Source: Pelomyxa schiedti (lineage: Eukaryota; Protista; Evosea). From it: 46,754 bases of DNA. Below the pieces are notes generated by a model. That model was not told where the DNA came from and ran no database searches. It worked only from the letters and a program-made list of their open reading frames with translations. Positions 1-13,079 of the stretch are shown piece after piece. Where the stretch lies: contig JAHLWZ010000923.1 in assembly GCA_020536535.1 (NCBI GenBank), forward strand, positions 1-46,754. The letters run 5' to 3'. A program made the translations under genes and the position numbers. The first letter of the stretch is position 1. Every line of letters begins with the position of its first letter.

Positions 1-8
1 CACTTAAG

Positions 9-143
9 CAACTGGAGGAGCTGATGCGGCAGATGGTGTGTGCAGCAAAGTCAATAGGCAACACGGAGCTGGAGCAGAAGTTCGCAGAGGGAATCACCAG
101 AATCAAGAGGGACATTGCATTCGCTGCATCACTCTACACTTGA
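9..143 (+). CDS. MTR4: 3'-terminal exon of Mtr4/SKIV2L2 exosome-associated RNA helicase (DSHCT domain), partial
   Basis: Translates QLEELMRQMVCAAKSIGNTELEQKFAEGITRIKRDIAFAASLYT*, closely matching the Mtr4 C-terminus (LEELLRQ...AAKAIGNTELENKF.EGI.KIKRDIVFAASLY). AG acceptor at 7-8, TGA at 141-143. Confidence 0.92.
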   Translation, partial: QLEELMRQMVCAAKSIGNTELEQKFAEGITRIKRDIAFAASLYT

Positions 144-227
144 TGCCAAGAGATCCACTTGGAAACAACAGCCAAAAAAAAAAGAACCGTATCTGATATT
201 TTTTTTGAAAAATGGAAAAAGGAACCC

Positions 228-3200
228 TCAGGGGAGTAGCAAGGAGACGGTGACGTAGCCGTCGCCCTGGTTGGTGTTGGTGGTGTCAGTCTGATCTGTG
301 CCGGCGTTGTAGGAGCACGCCCCGTAGTCGTCGAAGGTTGTGTCGCACTGGTTCAGGGGCACGCCGTTGCCACCGGAGTAGCCTCCCCCGCCGCCTCCTT
401 CATACAAGGTGCCGCCGCCACCTCCAAAACCCCCGTGCCCCAAATTGTAGCTGGGGTTTCGTGCCTCGCCGCCCCGGCCCCCGTTTAGGAACGACTGCCC
501 CCCGGTGCAGCTGTCTCCATCCTTGCCGTTGGTGGAGAACCCGCCGCCGCCGCCGTTGCGGTCGCAGGTCTGGCCCCCAGTGTCGCCCCTGCTGCCGTGC
601 GATGTGCCCCTGCCCCCTGGCCCATGTGTCTTCCAGTTGAGATGGTTTGCGCCGTTCCCACCAGCAGCCACCAGCAATGGTTCCTTGCCGTCGCCCCCTT
701 TCCGCCTCACCACGAACGACCCGCCGCCTCCACCACCTGCCCCGCTGTACCCCTTCCGCGTGTCGTCGCAGCCCTTCTGCCCCACCAGCACCAGTATCAC
801 ATCCCCTGCGTTGAGTGTGAATGTGCCCCCACACACTGCTCCCTTGCCTGCCTTTGAGGGCCCTGGTGACTCGCCACCAGCGGCCCCGGCTGCCGTTATC
901 CTGTATCTTCCTGTGCATGGTATCCCTATTTCCTTTTTCCCCCCAAGTTAATCACACAGCACACACACCATCCCAGGCACACAACAACGCGATGGCATAA
1001 AGATATTTGAAAACGAGAGGCGACAAAAGATAAAAAGGGGCAAGGAAAAGAATGGGGGGGTGAATGGAAACCTGTATTCCTGCATTTATCCTCACCAGAC
1101 CTTCCAGTGGTGTTCCATTATATTGTGACACAGCTCCACTTCCTGGTCCATCTCTCCCTGTTGCTCCAAGTGTTGTGAATCGCGCAGTATCTCCTTTGAA
1201 AGGCCCTACTGTGGCACTGAATGGGGAACCCTTGATGTTGTGCCAGTCACTCCCCTGCCCTATCTTTCCCTGTATCAAGGTAGTGATCTTTCCAGGCTGT
1301 GAGACTCTCCATGACACGGTGTGGGCGTCATTGTCCACAGTGGCTCTGGCTCCCTCTGCTTGTGGCGGGTCAAAGCTAACACGCCACTCTATCGGATAAT
1401 GAACATTCTTTGGATCAACAGGCTTGTCCACAGAATCCCTTAACTAAAACCAAGGAGTGATCACTTGCAAACAGAGCAACGAGATTAACCTGGATTTGAT
1501 ATTTCATTTCAGTGTTACAGGTAAACCATGAAGGAAGAGCTTCAATTAAACATTTGGAAATATCTACAGAGAATGCAAACAGAGTTGCTGGGCTGTTGAG
1601 GAGCGACACCCATTTTGTATACCGGGGTGGTGCACATCCCTCCACCACAAGGGTGTGCTCACCAACGGAGTTGAGAGTAACCATCAATTGGGTCACCCCA
1701 TCACAGATAACCACAGAGGGAGGTGCTTCTTCGCTTGCTGATGCTCTTTGCAAGGATGAGCGTATTTGCATTACCTTTGGAATGACGGAAAGTGAAGGTT
1801 TACTCACTGGTTCCCCGTTGGAGAAGTGTGGCTGTTTATATTATTCCTTAAGAAAAGGAAAGGAAAGAAAAGAAAAGTAGCACATACCATTACTTGTATA
1901 GAAACAGGAGCCCCAATGTAACATAGATTAGGAATATCCACCAGCTTGGTCTTAGTTAGATCAATTGCTTGGCACTGTTAATTGTGCATACTTAGACCTG
2001 TGAAGTTACCTTTGACGTCAAGGTGCCCCACTTCATGACCACCAATGGATACACTGTGTTTGCCGGGGACTTTGGGTGTGAAAGAAATTAATGTAGATGC
2101 AATTCCACTGTTTTCATTGTACTCCCACTCAGGATTGGTGAAGGTAAATTCTCCTTATTGTGGTCAGCACTCAAAATAAGCAGGTACCGTACCATTTGAA
2201 AAGGACAGTGTGAGAGTAAAGCAGGAAAGACTTGGAACAACCAGTGCTGGTGCTATTGCAGTACCACTTGTGTCAACGATGTTTGACACTTTGACAGTGA
2301 AACTAAATGGGATGCATGCAATTGGTTCTGCTCCCTGTGCCACTTCTGTTGTAAATTTCCCTTCACTCAGTGCAACACCTGTGTGGTATCAATATGCTCT
2401 GAGATTTCACAAGTGGCCAATACCAAAGGCAAATTTCCCAAAGGCCCGAATCTCTTGCCCACATTTGGCACTTGAAAATACTCTAACAGTCGGTGAGCAG
2501 CAAGGGGCATCCACTATCTGCAATAGATGCAAGTTAACACAGACTCCTTGCGTTGTTTATTCTGCCTAACCTTCACTTTCTTGAGCATTGTGTTGAGCCA
2601 TTCCATGGTGGTGCTTGAGACAGATAAAGCAAGACCATAGTTGACACTGTGAGTGAGCATGTTACAGGCTTTCACGGCTCCTTCCAACACTTGGCTGTGC
2701 TTCTGGAGCAACTCAAGCTGTGCTTTGAGAATAACATCTTAAAATTATGAATGTTAGACCAACGGATTGATGCTTTAGGTCTCCAGACCTGAGGTTATTT
2801 CAATGTTCTTTGACTCGGATAAGAGGGTTTTTTGTCTCTGGTTAAGCAGTTCATGGAGCTCAAGGAAGATTTTTTCTATGTGTTCTCGAGCTTTTGTGAA
2901 ATTCTGCGGGGATGCAGTGAGACAGGACGAATTGAAGTTGAGGCACTCACATCAGCAAGATCTTTTCTTGTTTCAATGACGTGTTTTGCAGCATTTTGCA
3001 GCCTTGCAATCTCAGTGGAGGTGGCTTTGGTGGTACTTTCTACATCTTGCCTCATGTTGTTGAAGGCTGTCTCAAGAGAAACTGATGGATGTTGAATCCC
3101 CGTGACAGAGTCCTTGTGAGGACCATTGCACAAGCACTCTGCACAAATAGCAACACGGTCTTGTTCGCAGTAATAGTTGAGAATCTGGTTGTGCTGCACA

Positions 3201-4180
3201 CACTTAGGAAGTTTTATTGTTGACCTTAAAACAATTACAAGAAGTGAATTTTAATTGAAGGGAATGCAGACCTTTGATCTGATAATGGTACAGGTGAAAA
3301 CTTTCAAACATTAAATAATAATAGAAAGGGAAACAAGTTACTTTGTGATCAAGCCTTCTTTGATGGATCCTTGCTTGTGTTTGGGCGCATTTGGGTTTTT
3401 CACAAACCAATGCCTTGCAGAGTGAACAGCAAAACGATGCGGGTTCCTCACAGGACTCGCATGTACTCTCTTCCTCTTGTTGGCTTTTATATTTATCAAT
3501 GCACTTTTGAGCTTTTGTGTTGCTCTTGTAAAGTTAACTCAATTTCTCTGTATAGACTGGAACACACAGGCAAAGCAGTAACTCCCCTGTCAAGAGGAAC
3601 CTGTGCCTCCTCTCCACAAGTGGGGCACTTGATGAATACAACCCCTGTCACTATTTTCTCATTGTTACCATTCACATCACCCCCTTCCCCAGACATCATC
3701 ATTGTCCTCTTCCTCTGTTTAAAAAAACAAAACCAAAAGTATCAGAAACAAAAGTGTGCACAAACGATTTAAAAGCCATTAGAAAAAGAAAAAAAAACAA
3801 TAAATAACTAAACATAAAAACCACAAGTATAACCCCACCCACACAACTGACAACCCAGCCCAAATTATGGGACGCCGTTGGGAACTCACCAAAGCGAACG
3901 TAGGAGGGACCGTGGCCCCTCCATTGGCGTCGTCGCCGCTCCTGCCGCCCCTGCCGCCCCCGCCGCCGGACAAGACGCAGCGGGCCTGCAGCGCCGCCGC
4001 AGCCGCGTCGAACATCGCGAGGGCGCATGGGGCCCGGCACACGGCGTGGTCCGCGTGGGAGCACAGCGACACGGGGTCCTCGCTCACCCGCAGGCACGCG
4101 GAGCACCGGCACCCGTCCTCCGCCACCTCCCCCAGCGACTCCGCCACCGCGTTGGTGTTGCGTGTTGTGCTCCCCGCCAT
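228..4180 (-). CDS. TRIM/RBCC-like protein: RING, two B-boxes, coiled coil, filamin/Ig-like repeats, C-terminal ALK/LTK-like glycine-rich domain (multi-exon)
   Basis: RING CSAC...LCSHADHAVCRAPC...IKCPTC; B-box1 CESCEEPASFCCSLCKALVCEKPKC; B-box2 QHNQILNYYCEQDRVAICAECLCNGPH; filamin-like 'NIKGSPFSATV'; then FTTLGATGRDGP...GIQ/EIGIPCTGRYRITAAGAAGG...GTFTLNAGDVILVLVGQKG...GGGGGGSFVV...PLLVAAGG...GGFGGGGG...GGGGGGYSGG. ATG at 4180. Middle exons not fully traced. Confidence 0.75.
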
Positions 4181-4365
4181 TTTTTTTTGTTGTTGTTTCG
4201 TTTGAACGCTGCGTTTTGTGTGCTGTTGGTTGGGGGACAAACCAAGTTGGGGTTTGTTTCAAACCAAGGGCAAACTGGCCTCATGAGGGGTGTAGCATCC
4301 GCGCATGTTGAATGCGGTCATTTGAGAGTGTTCACTTCTCCAAGTTGTGAATTTCAGTTGTGCGG
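4181..4365. promoter_or_regulatory. Probable bidirectional promoter between TRIM-like gene and GNAT
   Basis: Head-to-head ATGs 185 bp apart, flanked by CpG-rich first exons; no specific motif identified. Confidence 0.4.
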
Positions 4366-5398
4366 ATGGCAGCCGTGGACGTAGTTCAGCTGGATGAGGG
4401 CGACGCCGCCACGATAGGAGCCGCGTGCCGCCTGGTGATCGACGTGTTCACGCAGTTCGAAGGGGCACACACGCCCCCGGACGGCATGTCCGAATTCGCC
4501 CGGTTCGTCAACCCTACCACCATCTCGCGCCGCCTCTCCCTCGGCCGCCAGAACCAGATCCGCCTCCTTAACCAGCACAACCAAATGCACCAGCAACAGC
4601 AACAGCAGCAGCACCAATCCCCAATCACAACCCCCGTGAATCCCGACACTACCGCCGCAACTACAACTGCAAATGCAAGTGCCAGTGCCACTGCTGCGGC
4701 AGATACGAGTATGACCCAGAAGCCAGAGGAGACGGAAGGGGGAGGGGCATTTGCGTTCGTGGCTGTGCCAAAGGGGGGAGGAGGCGGCGTGGTGGGTGTC
4801 ATAATGGTTAGGGACGTGACCCACGTGTGCCTCATGTTCGTCGACCCTGGCCACCATCGCAGGGGAGTGGCTCGCGCTCTGTGGGACCGCGCGCTGTCTC
4901 ACATCGCGTGGCTGGTGTCAATCTCCCCGGCGCCCAGTTGCATGTGTGACGTCACTTGTGTCTTTGTTTTTACCCTTTTTTTTTTCCCCGTTTCAGTCCT
5001 ATGTTTGGTGGTTGGTGAGTTTTTCTTTCTTTTTGTTTCTTTTCGTTTTGTTTTTGCGCTTGTCCGTACCATTAGTTACATTCCTCCGGCGTTTTGCGTT
5101 TTGCTAGAGAATCCTAACTTTAAACAAATGTATATGTATATTTCTGCTCTTCACGTACTGAGTGAAAGCTCCTAGAACTCCTTCTGAGACTGCCGATTCT
5201 ACTAGTCCGGCAACAGCATCAACTAGTACTCACAGTACAACGTCAACGAAGGCTGGGGGAGGGTTCACAGTGACAGTCAACTCCTCAACATACGCTGTTG
5301 GTGTGTATTCACGATTCGGTTTTGTGCCTACTGGTCCCGAGCAAACAAAAAATGGGCTCACCTTTACACCAATGTACCTCTCTATGAATTCGAACTAA
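4366..5398 (+). CDS. GNAT family N-acetyltransferase (Acetyltransf_10-like) with low-complexity insertions; one intron ~4908-5175
   Basis: VVGVIMVRDVTHVCLMFVDPGHHRRGVARALWDRA (acetyl-CoA motif A) and TVNSSTYAVGVYSRFGFVPTGPEQTKNGLTFTPM (motif B); poly-Q and T/A/S-rich inserts. Confidence 0.88.
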
Positions 5399-5538
5399 CA
5401 AAAAAACCATGGAAACAAGGAAATATACTATTTTCTTTTCAATACAATGACAGAATAAGTTTAGAATGTTTACATTTTACAGTAGTGTGCTACTAGGAGT
5501 CCCCAGCGAAAATTGATAGTGGTGTTGTGGAACATTTT

Positions 5539-8500
5539 TCACTGCACTCTATGAGTTGAGCTGGGTTTGGAAAGGGTCTTTTGGCTTGGTCTACTTTTGG
5601 TTCAGCACTATTGAGACGAAGGTTAAAAGTATCACGGAAAGGGGTTCAAAAACGTACAGCAGAAAGCATTCCACCTCACCCTTTCCCTTTATACTTCTCG
5701 GCCCACGGGATTCAAACTTGTAGCCCTTTTTCGTTAACAGGTCCATAGTGGCTTCACTGACTTGAATGCGATCTGGAACTCCAGTGCTCTCCAGTCTGTT
5801 GGAAGTCCATTTAGTGAATTGAGAGACGCATGAAGAACTACCTTGAGGCAAAATTCACTGTGTCACCCCAAATATCTTCATGGAATTTCAGATAAAAACG
5901 AAGAAAGGGACAGAATTTACCAAAGGCCCATTTCTTTTTCCCGATTACACCGGCAACAACAGGGCCTGTGTGAATTCCCAACCGAATATGAAGATTTTTA
6001 CCCTGGGTAGTATTGTACTTTTCAAGAGTATCAAACATTGCAATAGCTAGCTCCAGTACATCTTCAGCATGAGTCCTTGATGGTTCTGGCATACCCCCCG
6101 TTACCATGTAACTAAGATTAAGTTAACAACTAGGCAATGACCACAGAACTTATATACCAATCACCAATCGTTTTTATCTTCTCAACGTGATAGTAGTCGA
6201 TGAGGGAGTCCCACGCCGAAAATAAGGAATTCAGCATACTCACAAGTTCCCAGGGTCGCATTTTCGATGCTAATGGCGTGAACCTTGGGGATCAATCGCT
6301 AAGAAAGAGGTATTAAGAAGAGACTTCACATACTCTACAATATCCGCGAATGCAACTGTGACATGCTTGTACTGCTCAGCAATGAGTTTTTCAGGATTCA
6401 TTTCTAGTTGCTCTTTAATCATTCGGGGCAGGATATTAACTAGTAGAGTGTCAGTGCGCCTCTTTTGCTCTTCAATAATTGCTTCTTGGGCTTTGAGGTT
6501 ACTAATGTCCTTCAGGAACATTGCAACTGTTACACCTAGAAACCATATTAAGAAGTGAAAAGGTAATGGTTACATTTCATACCACCGTTGTTAACAATTT
6601 CGGAAACAGAAAGTAAAATCGGAATTTCCTTTCCATCTATTAAAAGGAGTTATTTTCTTCATTTCTTTTGAGGCATTACCTGTTCGGCAAATTAACAGTT
6701 CTGTGTTGTTTATTGAAGGAAGAGATCCATGATTGTCTGCATTATCTCCCACCAGCATTTCCATTCTAGCACTAAAAGGACGCATCACCTTTTCTGGGAG
6801 GATGAGGCTTGCATGGCGACCAAGGACATCTTCCGTTGGTCTTACAAAGAGGCTTTCAGCACTAGGATTGAATGATTCAATTAACCCTCTGGTACCAATG
6901 AGTGGGTTTTTACTCAGTAATGATGTGTTACCTTTCGTTTAACACTATGACAGCATCTTTTGAGCCATCTAAAAGTAGCCTGGTTTTTTTTTCTTGTTCC
7001 TCCTGATGTGTCATGAGGATTGAATTAGTTTGGTAGTGAATTTCCAACCGCAGCTGCTTTCACATCAACTGTATTTGATGACCCAGATTCCAGGAAACGC
7101 GATATTATTTCAGTGCCCTGTATGATGTTCAGTGGCAAGGTACCAACGATGCGGAGAATTCTTTGTAGGGATTAAGAATGTATCTTTAAGGAGGGATATA
7201 CCTTCGGTGTTCAATCTTCAAGCGATGCAACAAAGAGAGGGAAACAAGGTAGGATGAAAAAGTCAACACAATACTAGTAGAACTTAATTACACCATCTTG
7301 GAATCTCAAAGAAAAAACCTCATGCCCAACACGATTTTAGTAAGCAAACTCGTAACCACTAATGCTGCAGTTGATTCCACTTATTGAAGTAAGTGGATTT
7401 TTACGGCAAAATACCATACCAACAAAGAGAGATATCAGTTCATCACACCAGGAAAATAGAGTAGAAGCCAGAGCCACAGGGATCACGTAGTATTGGTGTG
7501 AACATGTTTGGTTTCTACAGTTCAACGGTGATTATTACGTAAAACAGCAACAACATACACATGTGGAAGGTGACGAAAGGCAATCAAGTTTTCAAAAAAG
7601 AGATAAAGTAGAGATTCTAATCCGGTACAAGTAACATTGATGCCACTGAATTTTGGGCATGGCCGAGCCAAAAGAAGCTCCTGTGCTTCATCCCGTGAAT
7701 AAATTTGACTAGGATACGTTTAATCCTTTTCCTATGACTATTGTTCGTACCCAGTTGAGTATCTCATTTGATCAAACCAATATCTGTATGATTCCTCATA
7801 AAATTGATAGGTTGAATTCAACTGCATAAAATATGAACCTCAGTGAAGAAAGGAAGAGACCTACCGAATCTCTTGGCCAAGTGACATTATCTCGGACAAG
7901 CAATTCATTTGTCAGGTACAATAGTCCTTGTGCTCGCTGGATCATAGTTTGTCCAGTGTCGATTGCAATGTCTGAATGGAGACCTGAGCAACATTGAAAT
8001 GCTTATTGTTGTACCTTTTCCTTTCTGAGGAACAGTATAGAACAGAACAAAAAAGGACAAAGCAATCAAAATTCCCAGTAAAAGGGAAAAGGAAATACCC
8101 AAGGCCAGCCGCAATTTCGTGATGATTCCCATCTTAAATGGAGGATTTTTGGTAAAAAAAAATTGAAAAAAAGGGTACCTGATTTTCCCCAATATCAACC
8201 TGATTAATAGTAATATCACTATCTTCATTTGATGTGACTTTTCCAATCATATTCAAAACCGTTGTCTGAGTAAAAATGATGAGTCTGCAGAAGCACTAAA
8301 TGCAACTAACTTTTGGAAGGTCCCGAAAGAGAGATACAATTGCCTTGGGTTAAGTAAGGAAGTTATATGAATCAACACAAAAAACCTCTCTCTCTTTTTG
8401 CAACGCCCTAATAGTCACTATGAACAACAGAGAAAAGAGGCCTGTGCAAATAACCACAGAAATAGGAAGGACTAAGTGAAGTTATTGCTGTGGAGCACAA

Positions 8501-11500
8501 GAATCTTACATACAAATGGACACTCTTACAGATAGCCTGTCAAATTCACCAAGGTTGATCATTCTTTGGGCGGTTGCGAGTACAAGCCTTGTTGTAAAAG
8601 TCAGATGGATCAAAGAAGTGGAAAGTGCACATTGGTTCGGCAATAGCTTGAAGGACATTATCTAAAAGAAACCGCATCCCCAGAGACATTGACAAATCCA
8701 AAGATGGCGTTGCGTCTACACGTCAGTTAGTTTTGTGTCATTCCTTTTGAGCTTTGATACAAATATCTCCAACCAACTCTTCAGCGTAAGTCAACACCTG
8801 CAGGCTTGACTCGTATAGAGTCTCATTTCGATATGTAAACCATTGGTCTGGATCAGGGTTGGCGTCATTACTGAGATTAAATGAATTCGACAAAAAAAAA
8901 GTTGAGCCAAAGTAGTACCCAATATAACATTTGATATGCAGATTAGGGGTCTCCCAAGCCTTCCTCTCTGATGTGGATTCTGAACTGGCTGCAAGAGACT
9001 CCGCAAAATAAAGGCGAGTAGTATTCACCATCCAGGGGAGTTTTGATTTCATTTCCTCAGTACCTGGGAGGGGGATGTGGCTGGTAGATTCAATATCAAC
9101 GATACGCAGAGTAGATAATAGAGCTGTCATATTGAGAATTGCATAGTCTGTGGAAATGAGATACAGTTAAGAAGGTTGAACTTCTACTTGAATATGTGAC
9201 GGCATCTGTATAGTGCGTGAGGGTTCCGCAGGAATTCAAAACAAACGAGGCCAGTAAACACAGTGCAAGTAGGACTGCGCCAATAATGACCCCAATTGTA
9301 ATCCTCATATATGCAATTGGCCAAGATCTGTGAAAAAATGAGGGGAAAATTTAAAAAAAAAACTTGAGACCTAATTGCTTCAATTCGTTGTCTGTATTGA
9401 AGTACCGAAGTCCTCTCTGATGAATGGTGCGAAGAGCTAAAGTCAGACATGCTCGCACTGGACTTTTGGCTCATGCTGCAGACTGATCCCTTTGGAGATA
9501 ACGAACCATCAGTAGGGGCAGGTTCTTCATTGAGCTTCTCAAAGCGGAGGGGAGGCCTGTTTTAATCCTAAATGGCGTACGAAAGAATAAATGAAAGCTG
9601 ACTTGGTAGTGTGGATGTGCCGTTTGCGGCTTTCATATTCTTCAGCCATCTGCAGAAGTAGTTCTGCTTCTTCTTTGTCATCTTTGATATCCTGAAGAAA
9701 TTGTGCCAAGTTTCTGAGACACTGTGGAGATCGAGGATTATCTCGTCTGAGTAACAAGTTAATTTCACTTTCATAACCGTGATAATTCTCGTACAATAGC
9801 TTTCTATACATTGTTTCAGCTGCTGTTTCATGTTTGTGAATTGATGCCACAATAGACAGCAGTCTATCTGTATTGAGAGTTTGTTTTCTACTGAGATGCA
9901 CCCAAAACGTTGCTATTCCTTTTTTGGTAGCTCTGGGAGAATTGAGTGCCGTCCAATCTCTATCAATCCATACTTGACATTACGTCGGGCATTCTCAAGA
10001 TCGAGCAACCTCTCGTCATGGGAAACACTTTCCCCTCTTCTGCTATTTATACAGTATCGAATGTACTGGATGTCAAAGGCAGCCGAGTTGTCGTGCCGTA
10101 CACTATTTAACTTCATAAAGGAAAAGCATTAGTTTAAGTTTCAGTTTGTGGAAATACTTTCGCCATAGCCTCAGAGTAATTCATCTTCTTTTCTATGAGA
10201 AAGATTGAATTCATGATGGTCAAATAAGGATTTTCCGGAAAGTCCCTGAAACAGTAAGTACAGCCTCAGAGATAATGGGAATCCTTTACTTTAAACCCAT
10301 TTCAAAAATGTTCTCTACAAGCTTCATTTCAGTTTCTGTCGGCTCTTTTCGGCCATAGATAAATCTTGAGAGGGGTCATTGCTAAAAAATTTCCAGTTAT
10401 ACCTTGTCTGTATTTCACATTGAAAGGGATAGCGGTAATTCGCACTGGACTTCAAAAATAAAGGTCTGACTTGCAAGAAAAACATTCGCATCTACGATTA
10501 ATAAGGAAACCACGCAAAGGAGAAGGGTCTGGAACCTTTAGAAGTAATATTCCCAAAGGCTGACTCAGTACAAATAGAGCAAGGCAAATAGAAAACCAGG
10601 GGAAATCGTTGTTGGCTTCCCACGCAGGATACAATGGGATTGAAGCAAATACTAAGCCACAACAAGACATCGCCACAATATAATTAACAGTTTTGTTATA
10701 ATATCCCTTGTTAACGTCAGTCGTAAGGATAGCTTCCAGATGAAGTACCAAGAACACAACTTGCACACAGAGAAGAAATATAAAGATTACTAGTACAATT
10801 GCCGGGTGCACAGAAGAAGCCCTCCCACTCTCTTCCAAGCCACACAAATTGGAGGCAAGGAAAACGTCAGAGAAGAGCAAAATCACCTTAGAAGCCCACA
10901 CAGACATATATACACGAGAGTTTGGCATAGCCAAAACAGAGTCAGTGGGACGATAATCATTACAGCTACCAGAATATGTCAGTAAGCAGAAATTAAGGGA
11001 AACCTACAATAGAAAAATCCTTGCTGAATCCAGCAATAGAGGAATAGCCACTATGCACATAAAAACGAGCGCAGCAATTGAAGCCTCGCTCACATCGGTC
11101 AAAGAATGGAGGGTCATGTACCCAAGTGGTAAAAATAATACTGGGTAGAATACATTGGTGAACCTGAGAACACCAAATAACTTCCTCCATCCTAAAGCAA
11201 TGAGTTTGATTCCAATATCTCAGGAAGATAATAGTAAAAAAAAAAAAAAGAAACCAAAGTTTCCAGACAATGCCACTTTGGCCTGAATGATAAAACAAGT
11301 CCAAGGCACCACGAGTAGGCATCCCACAATTATGAGGCCCACCCAAGCCGCGCTCCCAGAGTACCCCGCCAAAGGGTCCCTCAAATGCCTCAGAGCCCAC
11401 GCCGTTTTGGCGGCGCCAGTGTAATCGCCATCGTACTTTCCTGTGGTTTTCGATGATGGGAACAAGTAACGGTCGTCAAACGCGAACGTGAACAGCTGCA

Positions 11501-11906
11501 CTATCTCGAGAACGGCAAGCGGCAAACGAAACCTCTCAAAGTCGCGCTTTTTCCACGAATTGTAGCTGACGAAGTAGATCAAGTCGAAAGCCCTGTTGGA
11601 AGCCCCCGTCAAGGAACTGTATCCAGTCCCACTTGATCGATTCTGTGAGTTCCCTTCTGAGGAGAAGTCCTGACCCTCCCATAAGTCCCCTTCTGGGTCC
11701 TTTTTCTGCTCCAGCTCTGCTGTGGAATGTGGCAGTGCTCCCTCATTCGCAGGGTGGAGCTGGTGCTGGCTCGAATTGTTTTCGTCTGTGCAGTCCTCAA
11801 GGAAATTGGAGGCGGCTGCGTCGGAGGCCTGTGGGGTGGTGACGAGGGATTGTGGGTCTCCGATTTTGGACCCGAGGTCGTCTTCGTCGGGCTGAACCTT
11901 GGTCAT
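5539..11906 (-). CDS. Multi-pass membrane adenylate cyclase with TmcB/TmcC-like N-terminal region and PAS domain (many introns)
   Basis: Class III cyclase motifs [56 protein letters not shown] (K and D-I-W are ATP-specific). PAS: DAVIVLNE..GLIESFNPSAESLF...DVLGRHASLILP. TmcB-like YRKLL...NPRSPQCLRNLAQFLQDIKDDKEEAELL. Many hydrophobic segments. Confidence 0.85.
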
Positions 11907-12099
11907 AGTTGTAGGGATGCGCCAAAACCGAGTGTGAGTGTGTTGTTGAGGTGCTGTTGCTGAAGTTGTTGTTGTTTTGGTTTTTGCGTAAGGTTAAATG
12001 TTGTTGGCTTCTTTGTTACTGCCTGTTTTGCTTTTTCGCCCATTGTGGAGCTCACAGCGAAACCAGAACGGAGAAGGGCTTCCATCTCAACGAAAAAAA

Positions 12100-12780
12100 A
12101 AAGAATCACCTGAACTCGATCTGGTAAAATCCGTCAAGATTGTTAGCGCTGGTGTCTTCAAAATATTTCCGGCAGTCCATTTGGGGTTTGTGGCTGACGT
12201 CAACTCCCAGAGTTGACCCCTTGATCACAAACACAATGTTCAGTGTCTATTTGGTGGATTTGTCCACCCCACCCAAAACTGACATTATGAAATCGAGAGT
12301 AGCCGTACAGCTCATTCAGTGAGCTCGTGGCCGCGTATCTACTCTTCGAGAAATGGGAGGATTCTACTGGCCAAGTTCCATCCCGTGGTTGTGATGCCAA
12401 GTTCTGGTACCGTACTGGTGGGTTTAAAAGGTGAAACTCTTGATAATCTCCAGAAAGCTCGGCTAGGCAAGGTTGGTTAAGGAAGGAGTGCGCGGGAGTA
12501 AAGTTGTACCTGGAGATATGGACAATAGTAGGAGGGAACTCGATAGGAAGGTGGGTTGGAATAGACCTCATGTACCCTCCAAATGCCGGGCAAAGAGAAC
12601 CTATTTGCCGGGTTAGAGCCCAAAACAAGGAGGAAATGAGTGTCACAGACTTATGTAGGGAAGGGAACAGAGCTGTCCTGAATGAATTGGCAGGAAAAAC
12701 TCGTTTGCTTGCTGTGAGATGAAAGTCCCAACTTACTTTCACAGTTAGAATCAATCCACCTCCCACTGTCCCCAGCACTT
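12100..12780 (-). CDS. Possible hypothetical protein (poorly defined, may be decayed)
   Basis: 192-codon open frame 12200-12778 plus a downstream frame ...KPQMDCRKYFEDTSANNLDGFYQIEF followed by a GT donor-like site; no recognisable family. Confidence 0.25.
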
Positions 12781-13079
12781 TTCACAACAGTCCAAACCCA
12801 GCAATTCACTGCCAATTCCCAAACTCGCACACCCATCCACAGACATCCCAAAAGAACCCTCACAGCGGGAGGGTCACATCAGGATGGCCAACCACAAGTG
12901 CAAGCATGCAGTAACTGAAACAACAACGCCCGCATGACATCCGCTCCCATAACTTACTGAGCGCCTACTACCTCCCGCACCAGCAGCGGTCACGCTCAAA
13001 TTCGCCGCGTTCAAAACAACGCGAAACCTGGCTGACCAAAAAAACGGTTTTTTTTTAACTTGTGGCCCGTCGTAGTGGC

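Noticed and set aside
338-951. Overlapping ORFs on both strands in GC-rich DNA (also 3700-4900, 37890-38560)
   Set aside because: Expected stop-poor shadow frames of GC-rich exons.
12651-12863. C-type-lectin-like pattern NCWVW...GRWIDSNC...FSCQ on the minus strand
   Set aside because: Short resemblance only; no upstream WIGL/Cys framework or clean gene model.
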